Shown: positions 45,849 to 54,066 of the stretch, in pieces
Layout: every line of letters starts with the position of its first letter
Numbering within the stretch: position 1 is the stretch's first letter
NCBI GenBank assembly: GCA_964596615.1
Contig: CAZQUN010000007.1
Location: 1-54,066, forward strand
DNA from: an uncultured Candidatus Saccharibacteria bacterium
GTDB lineage: Bacteria; Patescibacteriota; Minisyncoccia; Portnoybacterales; UBA2143
DNA: 54,066 nucleotides
Reading direction: 5' to 3'
Made by a program: the position numbers and the translations under genes
Notes under the pieces: model-generated
What the model was told of the DNA's origin: nothing
What the model saw: only the letters and a program-made list of their open reading frames with translations
Databases searched by the model: none

Positions 45849-47844
45849 GCCCGATGAGGGCGGTGAAATAGAACCTGAAATCATGGGCCTACAAAGACTC
45901 GGAGCCCCTTTATGGGGTGACGGGGTGCTTTTTGCAGAACGAGCCAACGACTTTATGTGTGTTGCTTGGTTAATCCCGCTTTGCGGGAGAAGCCATAGGG
46001 AAACCGAGTGTTAATAGTGCTTTTGTAGCACACATAAGACCCGAAACCAGTGCGAGCTAACCATGGCCAGGGTGAACCCCGGTTAAAACCGGGGGGAGGC
46101 CCGCACCCACTAGTTGTTCAACGCTAGGGGATGAGCTGTGGTTAGAAGTGAAAAGCTAATCGAGCCTGGTAATAGCTGGTTCTTCCCGAAATAGTTTTAG
46201 GGCTAGCCTCTCGTTTATGTCTCCAGGGGTAGAGCACTGGATGAAGTTGGGCGGTTTTCCGTACCTACTTCAATCAAACTCCGAATACTGGGGAATTTTT
46301 GCGAGGGAGTCAGACTGTGGGGGCTAAGCTCCATGGTCAAAAGGGAAACAGCCCAGACTGTCGTCTAAGGTCCCTAAATCACACTCAGTGGGAAAGGAAG
46401 TGAAGTTTCTCTGACAGCTAGAAGGTTGGCTTAGAAGCAGCCATCCTTTAAAGAGTGCGTAACAGCCCACTAGTTCAGAGATTTTGCGCCGAAGATTTAA
46501 CGGGGCTAAGTGTGATACCGAAGACACAGATGCTAATACTTGTATTAGCGTGGTAGGGAAGCGTTCCTAAAGCGTCGAAGTCAAATCGTGAGGTTTGGTG
46601 GAGTTTTAGGAAGTGAGAATGTTGGCATGAGTAACCACAATCCCGATGAGATATCGGGACGCCGAAAGCCCAAGGTTTCCTTGGCAATGACAATCAGCCA
46701 AGGGTTAGGCGGGCCTTAGTTGCAGCCGGTTTACCGGCCAGTAGCGATGGACAGACGGTTAATATTCCGTCCCTTCAACACTTTTTGATGGAAGGACGAG
46801 GTCTAGTAGTTTGAGCGCCTTATTGGATTGACGTTCCTGGTCTAAGGGTGTCTGTTTGGTAAATCCGGCAGACATTAGCCCAAGGATTGGGAAAAGGCTT
46901 TCTTTCGGGATAGCCGATTCAAATGAGCAGGTCTCCAAGAAAAGTTTCTAAAATTAGAAGTGTTGGATCCGTACCGTAAACCGACACAGGTAGGCAGGTC
47001 GAGTAGACCAAGGCGAACGGGTGATTCTTCGTGAAGGAACTCGGCAAAACAGCGTCCGTAACTTAGGGATAAGGACTGCCCCGGTTTACCGGGGCCACAG
47101 CAAAAGATTCCTGGCGGCTGTTTATCAAAAACACAGCTCCCTGCTAACTCGCAAGAGGATGTATAGGGAGTGACGCCTGACCAGTGCTAGAAGGTTAACG
47201 TCAGCGGTATTTCGGCTTGCCGGAATGCCAATGGCCGAAGCCCTAGTAAACGTCAGCGATAACTATAATCGTTCTAAGGTAGCGAAATTCATTGGCATGT
47301 AAGTTATGTCCCGCACGAATGGCGTCACGACTGGGAAACTGTCTCCACGAAGAGCCCGGTGAAAATGCAGTGGGGGTGAAGATGCCCCCTACTTGCGGCA
47401 AGACGGAAAGACCCCAGGAGCTTTACTGCAGGTTCTCATTGGGGTATTGTTTTGAATGCGTAGAATAGTGGGGAGACTTTGAAACCTGGCTTTCGGGCTA
47501 GGTGGAGTCGCCAGTGAAATACCCATCTTTCAAGATAATGCTTCTAATCCCGCCTTTTTGGCGGGAAACAGTGGGTGCTGGGCAGTTTGAGTGGGGCGCT
47601 CGCCTCCAAAAAAGTAACGGAGGCGCTTATAAGGTCGGCTAGGTCCGGATGGAAATCGGACTGGTCGTGTAAAGGCACAAGCCGGCTTTACTGCAAGACG
47701 GACATGTCGCGCAGTTGCGAAAGCAGAACTTAGTGAACTGACCGTGGGTTGTAGAACCGCGGGAGATTAACGGATAAAAGTTACCCTGGGGATAACAGGC
47801 TAATAGCGCCTGAGCGTCCATAGCGACGGCGCTGTTTGGCACCT

Positions 47845-48652
47845 CAATCATCAAATCGGGGTGCTGCGGTAGTAATACCGTACCAAAAAGTGGCTAAAAA
47901 CGGTGAAATCTTCTTAGTTTATTGGTATAATATAATTAAGGAGACAATACCGTGGGAAGTCTAACATCAATTCAAAAGTCAATAATCATAGGTAGTGTTC
48001 TTGGTGATGGATCGCTTAGAAAAACTGAAAATAGGCGTAATGCGTTGCTAGAAATCAACCATAGTTTTGATTATAAAGATTATGTTGATTGGAAGTATGA
48101 AAATCTGAAAAATTTAGTATTAACGCCGCCAAAATGGCGTAAAGGAAATGGGAAGAGAATTGCTTATCGGTTTACAACGAGAAGTTTACCAGAAATTACT
48201 CAGTTCTATGAAATATTTTATGGAAATGGCAAGAAGCTAATTCCCAAAAAAATAGACTTAGATCCATTAGCGATAGCAGTATGGTTTATGGATGATGGCA
48301 GTAAGACGTATAATGCTCTGTATCTCAATACGCAGCAATTTAATCTAGGCAGTCAACAGAGGTTAATAGAAAAATTGCGTAGTTATTGGGGAATAGATGC
48401 GACGTTGAATAAAGATAAGATCTATCATCGTATTAGGATTAGAACAGATAGTACGCCAAGATTTAAAGAAATTGTTCGTCCTTTTGTATTGCCTATATTC
48501 AATTATAAATTGATGTGATGACCCCGTAGAGACTGTAATGATAGTAGGTACTCTATAAAAAATGGAGATTTAAACTACTATAATACGCCAACCCCCGCAA
48601 TATTGTGGGGTGAAGATATAGTCCTTACTATTAGTAATAATAGATTAATAAA
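47845..48652 (+). mobile_element. Group I intron at the site equivalent to E. coli 23S U2500
   Basis: Interrupts GGCACCT|CGATGTCGGC. IGS ATCGGGGTGCT can pair with both exons; P7 strands GAGACT and ATAGTCC. Confidence 0.9.
47952..48518 (+). CDS. Intron-encoded LAGLIDADG homing endonuclease
   Basis: IIIGSVLGDGSL and AIAVWFMDDGS, both acidic catalytic positions intact. Confidence 0.9.
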   Translation: MGSLTSIQKSIIIGSVLGDGSLRKTENRRNALLEINHSFDYKDYVDWKYENLKNLVLTPPKWRKGNGKRIAYRFTTRSLPEITQFYEIFYGNGKKLIPKKIDLDPLAIAVWFMDDGSKTYNALYLNTQQFNLGSQQRLIEKLRSYWGIDATLNKDKIYHRIRIRTDSTPRFKEIVRPFVLPIFNYKLM

Positions 48653-49091
48653 CGATGTCGGCTCGTCTCATCCCGGAGGTGAAGAAGCTTCCAAGGGTAT
48701 GGCTGTTCGCCATTTAAAGAGGCACGCGAGCTGGGTTCAGATCGGCGTGAGCCAGATTGGTCCCTATCTGCCGTAAGCGTTGATACTTGAGGGAAGTCGT
48801 CCATTGTACGAGAGGATCCGGATGAACAAACCTCTGGTCTACCAGTTGTCCCGCCAGGGGCATGGCTGGGTAGCTAAGTTTGGAAGGGATAAGCACTGAA
48901 AGCATCTAAGTGCGAAGCCCCTCCCAAGATGAGGTATCATAGATTTGTGGAAGATGACCACATTGATAGGCCTTAGGTGTAAGCGCGGTAACGCGTTCAG
49001 CCGAGAGGTACTAATAAATCATCTTATTACTTAAATTTAGTAAATAATCCTCCCGTCTTTTTGAATATCAAAATTAAGATTCAAGCCATTG

Positions 49092-49202
49092 ATCTGGTGA
49101 CTATACTGATGGTGTTCCACCCGTTCCCATTCCGAACACGGAAGTGAAATCCATCAAGGCCGATGATAGTGCATTTTGCGCGAAAGTAGGTAGTCGCCGG
49201 TT
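49092..49202 (+). rRNA. rrf: 5S rRNA
   Basis: CACCCGTTCCCATTCCGAACACGGAAGTGAAA, GCCGATGATAGT, AGTAGGTAGTCGCC; enclosed by a stem ending in a T run. Confidence 0.95.
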
Positions 49203-49243
49203 CAGTGGCTTGAATTTTTTTATTGGTGTAATATAATAAAGGC

Positions 49244-50071
49244 ATGGCTATGACTCGCCGGATGACTAAACAAATAATTATTGCCATTGTTTTTTTTCTA
49301 ACTCTTTTTGCTATTGGTTTTTTAATCTATTCTTTAACCCGGCCGGCTCCGACCTGTTCCGACGGGATTCAGAATCAGGACGAAGAGGAAATTGATTGCG
49401 GAGGACCTTGCCTTTCTTGTGAGCTGCGCGAACTCAAAGAAATAGAAGTTTTATCAACCGATGCTATTTTAAACCAAAGCGATTTCTATGATTTAGTTGC
49501 CCAGATTAAAAACCCAAATCAGAATTACGGGAGCAATCAAGTCCCTTATCAATTCAAGGTATATGATTCTAATAATAGCCTGATTACCAATTATTCTGAT
49601 TCAACATATATCCTGCCCAATCAGACAAAATATATTATTCAGACTAAAATAAGGATTAGCCGTTCTTTTGACAGAATAGAATTTTCTTTTGGTCAGATTG
49701 AATGGGAAAAATTAGTAGATTACCAGATGCCTCAATTAGCAGTCCAACAGAAAGAGTATCGTCTTTTAGACGCTCAGGAAACGGGATTTAGTCAGGCTAG
49801 AGGAGTTTTGGTTAATAAGAGTAGTTTTGATTTTGAGCAGGTCAATGTTGATATCTTGCTCTTTGATTCATTTAATCAGTTAGTTGGTCTTAATGTTACT
49901 GAAATCAGAACTCTTCTTAGCGGACAGGAACGTGATTTTTTTGCCACCTGGTTTAGTCAGGTAAAAGGAGAGGTTGTTCTGGTTGAAATGGAAGTCGAAA
50001 CCAATGTCTTTGATCCGGACAATTACCTTTCCAGTGGAGAAAGGATGCCAGAGAAGTTCCAGGAATATTAA
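49244..50071 (+). CDS. Conserved CPR-type membrane-anchored protein
   Basis: N-terminal TM; PTCSDGIQNQDEEEIDCGGPC motif. Confidence 0.75.
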   Translation: MAMTRRMTKQIIIAIVFFLTLFAIGFLIYSLTRPAPTCSDGIQNQDEEEIDCGGPCLSCELRELKEIEVLSTDAILNQSDFYDLVAQIKNPNQNYGSNQVPYQFKVYDSNNSLITNYSDSTYILPNQTKYIIQTKIRISRSFDRIEFSFGQIEWEKLVDYQMPQLAVQQKEYRLLDAQETGFSQARGVLVNKSSFDFEQVNVDILLFDSFNQLVGLNVTEIRTLLSGQERDFFATWFSQVKGEVVLVEMEVETNVFDPDNYLSSGERMPEKFQEY

Positions 50072-50073
50072 GT

Positions 50074-51153
50074 ATGTACACTCATCTTAGAAAACTTGAT
50101 TGGTCTCTTGTTATCGTCGTCCTGCTCCTTTCGGGGGTAGGGCTTTTTACTATCGCTGGGATTGGCACTGATGAATCATCGGTCTTTTTCAAAAAGCAGT
50201 CTATTTTCCTAGGGATTGGTTTTTTCTTAATGATTGGTTTAAGTTTTTTTGATTATCGGATTTTCAAGAATCATGCTTCAATTCTAATTATTCTTTATCT
50301 TCTCTCTCTTGTTTCTTTAATTTTTGTTCTGTTTTCCCAGGAGGTTAGGGGAGCTTCAAGTTGGTTTCGTCTCGGACCGGTCAGTTTTGAACCAATTGAA
50401 TTTATTAAAATAGTCTTTATTCTTCTCTTAGCCAAATATTTTTCCTTTCGCCACATTGAAATGTATCGCAGTCGCCATTTAATTGTTTCCGGCCTATACA
50501 TCGCTCTGCCGGCGCTGGTAATAATCTTTCAGCCGGATCTTGGCTCAATTCTGGTTTTACTCGCTATCTGGCTGGGAATCATTATTGTCTCGGGCATTAA
50601 AACCCGTCATCTAGTAGCCCTTGTTTTAATCGCTATTGTCCTTCTGGTTAGCGGCTGGTTTGGCGTTTTAAGAGATTACCAGAAGCAGCGGATTCTTTCA
50701 TTTCTTGATCCTGAGGGTGATCCTTATGGCTGGGGATACCATATTAACCAATCATTAATTGCTATTGGTTCGGGTGGTATTTCCGGACAAGGAGACGAGG
50801 CCAGTTCACAAGCCGGTCTTAAATTTTTACCCGAACAGCACAACGACTTTATTTTCGCTACTCTGGCCGAGCAGAGGGGATTGGTTGGCGTTTTAATTCT
50901 TCTGGCTCTCTTTGCCCTTCTCTTTTGGAGGATTATTAAGATTGCTCTTGAATCCGAGAATAATTTTTCTCGTCTCTTTGCTTCCGGCTTAGCCATAATG
51001 CTCTTCATTCAGGTAATAATTAATATTGGTATGAATATGGCTATCCTGCCAATTACCGGATTGAATCTTCCTTTGGTCAGTTATGGGGGGAGTAGTTTGG
51101 TCAGTATCTTTTTGGGCCTGGGTGTCTTGCAGAGCATTAAGACAAGAAGTTAA
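50074..51153 (+). CDS. rodA: FtsW/RodA/SpoVE peptidoglycan glycosyltransferase
   Basis: QPDLGS, YQKQRI..FLDP, QSLIAIGSGG, FLPEQHNDFIF, LPLVSYGGSS. Confidence 0.88.
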   Translation: MYTHLRKLDWSLVIVVLLLSGVGLFTIAGIGTDESSVFFKKQSIFLGIGFFLMIGLSFFDYRIFKNHASILIILYLLSLVSLIFVLFSQEVRGASSWFRLGPVSFEPIEFIKIVFILLLAKYFSFRHIEMYRSRHLIVSGLYIALPALVIIFQPDLGSILVLLAIWLGIIIVSGIKTRHLVALVLIAIVLLVSGWFGVLRDYQKQRILSFLDPEGDPYGWGYHINQSLIAIGSGGISGQGDEASSQAGLKFLPEQHNDFIFATLAEQRGLVGVLILLALFALLFWRIIKIALESENNFSRLFASGLAIMLFIQVIINIGMNMAILPITGLNLPLVSYGGSSLVSIFLGLGVLQSIKTRS

Positions 51154-51169
51154 ATATCTTACGAGACAA

Positions 51170-51203
51170 AAAACAGTCCCGCAATAAATGCGGGGCTGTT
51201 TTT
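51170..51203. terminator. Bidirectional terminator between rodA and the MerR-like gene
   Basis: AAAAACAGTCCCGCA-ATAAA-TGCGGGGCTGTTTTT. Confidence 0.8.
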
Positions 51204-51232
51204 ATCTGGTCGGCTTCAAATATGGGCAGAAG

Positions 51233-51442
51233 CTAAAATAAGTCTATTTTTCTTTTGGCCATTCTGGCTCTAGTTTGTTCCAATTGCCTGAGAAAGGCCT
51301 CTATTTGATCTAAGCGATAGAGTCGATAATTATTAGCTGGATTACGGTATGGTCTTAAGATCCCTCTTTTATCCCAATTCCTCAAAGTTAGAGGGGTAAC
51401 ATGAAGAAGCTTGGAAGCCTTTTTAATAGTAATATATTTCAT
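51233..51442 (-). CDS. Small MerR-family HTH protein
   Basis: TIKKASKLLHVTPLTLRNWDKRG...R...NNYRLY. Confidence 0.85.
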   Translation of the reverse strand: MKYITIKKASKLLHVTPLTLRNWDKRGILRPYRNPANNYRLYRLDQIEAFLRQLEQTRARMAKRKIDLF

Positions 51443-51916
51443 TTTTAACTGATTTCCTATTAACCTTTTACAATCTTTACATATCTTTATTACATTCTAA
51501 TTTTTCTCTTAATTCCTGTCAAGAACAAAACTGTGGATAAAAAATATTCTAACTAATTCTGAAATAATTTAATTTAAACTGATCACCCCGGCTATTTTAA
51601 GCCTTGAATTTATCAGTTTCAAGAGGCGAAATACCCATTGAATCTATCCCTGAATAAAGAAAAATTTTGCCTTTAATAAAGGAGATTTTTTGGCTGCGGA
51701 CTAATTAATTAAACGGGCATTTATTTATCCCCAGTTAATAGCTCTATATATTAAAACCTGAAATCTGTTTTTTCTCTTGTGGATAAGTCAATAAAAGAAT
51801 ATTTTTTTGAGTTAAAAATATCACTAAGTGGATAATATCCAATAAGTCATTTTTTGGCTTAAATACTATAACAAATTAAAATTTTTAAAAGTCAATAGCA
51901 GAGCCGGGTTTATCTA

Positions 51917-51970
51917 TATCCGATAGTATCGGATAGCCCTATTGACACTCTACTTGCTAAATCCTAAAAT
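51917..51970 (+). promoter_or_regulatory. Palindromic operator plus sigma70 promoter
   Basis: TATCCGATA-G-TATCGGATA (51917-51935), then TTGACA (51942)-17 nt-TAAAAT (51965). Confidence 0.7.
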
Positions 51971-52250
51971 TATATTAGTTCTTTAGTTGCACCTTATTAT
52001 AGTTCTCTAAGTTTCAAAAAATATATAGCGCTATAAAAACCAAGTTCAATTTTTTACTTTGGTTTTATATATATTTAGACAACCCCGGGGATCATCTAAA
52101 CAGATGACCCCCTTTTATTTTGTCTAAACCAAAAAACCATGTATTGCTATTCATTCACTCAATGCCTACAACAAGATTTAGTCTGGACAATAGTTGTTTT
52201 ATCCCTGATTACGCCAGGATTGGTTTTAATTATTAGAAAAACCTTGAACA

Positions 52251-54066
52251 ATGGACGAACAAAAAGATAGAAATCAATATATTTCCCTTAAAGAAGCGTC
52301 AAAACTCTGCTCTTACTCGCAGGACTATTTAAGCCTGCGCGCCCGACAAGGAAAATTAAAAGCGGTTAAAATAGGACGCAACTGGGTGACCAAAGCAGAA
52401 TGGTTAAATGAATATGTTCATTCGACCCAATATATTTCTTTGGCCGAAGCCGCTAACCTTTCTCCCTATTCTCAGGATTACTTAAGTTTAAGAGCCCGGC
52501 AGAGGAAATTAAAAGCGGTTAAACTAAATGGAAAATGGACAACGACCCAGAAATGGTTGGGTCAATATCTTAAAAATGTCGGGGCGGAAAAAATATTAGA
52601 GCCGAAAGAACAAGTCGAAAAGATAGTCCCAGAGCCGAAAAAAGAGCAGATAGAAATATCAAAAGCAAAAGAAGAATCAAAAGATATTCTTTTCCAGCCG
52701 GTTGGCAGCGCCTTTTCCGAGATTAAAAAACTTAAACTTGAACAGGTCTTGGAAAAAATTGTTGGCCAGCCTATTGACAGGGGATTAAGTTTGTTTGAGA
52801 AAATGGGTTCTCGAATAAGACAAGCCCGGATTATTCAAAAGACTAACCAGCCATTTCAGAAAATTAATTCCCAGTATCTCAGAATAATTAATTTAATTAC
52901 TGATTGTCTTGATAAGCTCCAGCAGCCTAAAATTCTTCCAAGAGCGCTTTTAATAACTCTCTTAATATTTGCATCCATTTTCATCCTTAATCCTTCTGCC
53001 AGGGCGTCCTTGTCTCAATTAAAGGACAAATCTCTTGAGGCTCTGGTCCAAACCGGAGAAAAACTGGCTCTCTTTGTTTTTCATCAAAGTGTAAACACAG
53101 CTGATTTTAGCAAAGGCCTTCCTGAAAAGGGAGCAGATGTTTTTGAGAAAGCTGATAACAAGGGCCCTCAATTAAGGCGGGAATTGGTTAAATCGATTAC
53201 CGAATCGCTTTCTCAGGCAAAGAGAGGCATTAATAGTTTTGATGTTTCCTTTGAGAAAAGCTTTGAAAATGGGTTTAATAAGGGGATTGTTGTTGCTGAG
53301 AACCTGATTGATTACTCTTTGGAATTAAGTAAAAAAGCTAATCAAAAGAATGAAGAATTTAAGATTAGTTTGAAGTCAGGAGTTAAAAATACTCTGGCCA
53401 ATGCAGGAAACCTGCCAAATCAGATTAAAGTTTTTTCTCAAAGAGCTGATAGCGCTTTTATTTCTCTTTTGTCTCAATCCGAATCCCTGGCAAACAAGAC
53501 AGAATCTCTCCCCCGCCTGTTTTATCAAAAGGGGATAGCGGTAAATGAATGGTTAAAAGAAAAGCAATTCCAAGCAAAAAACCTTGTCTTGGATTCACCT
53601 GATTTGACCATTAAAACTCTTGTCCGAACAGCCAGATTTTTGTCCGATAGGGCATCCGATACAGCCTATGATTTATCCGATACTAGCCAAAAAACCGCTC
53701 AAAAACTTGATATCGGGCTAAGTAAAGGAAATCGGGCAATTAAGACTGCTCCCGGTTCCATTTTTAGCGCTCTTTCTGAAATTAATCAGAAAATAACCTC
53801 ATCTGTGGAAAAATTGGAGTCAAAAATGGGTGACACTTACCTAAGAGTGGCTAATTTTTTCATCCCTGGATATTCTCTTGAATCAGAAGTGATTGTTCTT
53901 TCAACCGGAAAAGCAGAAACCGAACCTGCCTCGCCGGCAGACAAGATTGTCGGTAAAAAAGAAGTTACTCAAGTCAAGCAAATTGTCACCCAGACAGAAA
54001 AAATCACCCAAATCACCAAAGTCACAGAAACAGTAGAACAAACAGACCTAACCACCATCAATTCTC
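52251..54066 (+). CDS. Large protein with two tandem excisionase-like HTH domains and a TM helix; runs off the window end
   Basis: N-terminus translated by hand: YISLKEASKLCSYSQDYLSLRARQGKLKAVKIGRNW and YISLAEAANLSPYSQDYLSLRARQRKLKAVKLNGKW. Probably absent from the ORF track because no stop is reached. Confidence 0.8.
   Translation, partial: MDEQKDRNQYISLKEASKLCSYSQDYLSLRARQGKLKAVKIGRNWVTKAEWLNEYVHSTQYISLAEAANLSPYSQDYLSLRARQRKLKAVKLNGKWTTTQKWLGQYLKNVGAEKILEPKEQVEKIVPEPKKEQIEISKAKEESKDILFQPVGSAFSEIKKLKLEQVLEKIVGQPIDRGLSLFEKMGSRIRQARIIQKTNQPFQKINSQYLRIINLITDCLDKLQQPKILPRALLITLLIFASIFILNPSARASLSQLKDKSLEALVQTGEKLALFVFHQSVNTADFSKGLPEKGADVFEKADNKGPQLRRELVKSITESLSQAKRGINSFDVSFEKSFENGFNKGIVVAENLIDYSLELSKKANQKNEEFKISLKSGVKNTLANAGNLPNQIKVFSQRADSAFISLLSQSESLANKTESLPRLFYQKGIAVNEWLKEKQFQAKNLVLDSPDLTIKTLVRTARFLSDRASDTAYDLSDTSQKTAQKLDIGLSKGNRAIKTAPGSIFSALSEINQKITSSVEKLESKMGDTYLRVANFFIPGYSLESEVIVLSTGKAETEPASPADKIVGKKEVTQVKQIVTQTEKITQITKVTETVEQTDLTTINS

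Noticed and set aside
46324-49287. Short minus-strand ORFs in the rRNA region
   Set aside because: Antisense translations of 23S/5S rRNA.
53640-53690. Three TCCGATA copies matching the operator half-site at 51917
   Set aside because: They fall in coding sequence as repeated Ser-Asp codons; could be coincidence with no independent support.

Overview
AT-rich window that most likely comes from a Patescibacteria (CPR, Parcubacteria-like) genome. This is inferred from typical CPR surface proteins, few Shine-Dalgarno sites, an unlinked 23S-5S operon carrying an intron, and TGA used as a stop. From left to right it contains: (1) the end of a prophage-like late/lysis module (1-4.5 kb) with a hidden antisense membrane peptide; (2) a complete diversity-generating retroelement (target with VR, avd, TR) whose RT is inverted, with 14/14 VR-TR mismatches at TR adenines; (3) a C4/CI-like cloverleaf RNA; (4) a ~13 kb defence island with a NucS-like nuclease, a fused m6A+m4C methylase next to a catalytically degenerate LAGLIDADG protein and a small PD-(D/E)XK nuclease, a large helical protein, a HEXXH peptidase and a SIR2-like protein; (5) an ECF sigma/anti-sigma pair with three matching promoters upstream of itself and a MacAB/YknXYZ-like exporter; (6) a NifB/NifX-MinD-Fe-S-CDF-DUF134 operon; (7) the main candidate novelty, a ComQXPA-analogous prenylated-peptide signalling cluster (methyltransferase, OmpR-family regulator, polyprenyl synthase, unannotated 37-aa peptide ending GTPWLDR, membrane histidine kinase, cyclase-like/ComQ-like fusion) with 11-bp tandem regulator boxes in its promoter; (8) a tyrosine recombinase with C-terminal zinc fingers; (9) core genome: tRNA-Ile, 23S rRNA with a group I intron (LAGLIDADG ORF, apparent terminal A), 5S rRNA, rodA, and the start of a large HTH-repeat membrane protein. 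All family calls come from motif recognition by eye; no database searches were run.
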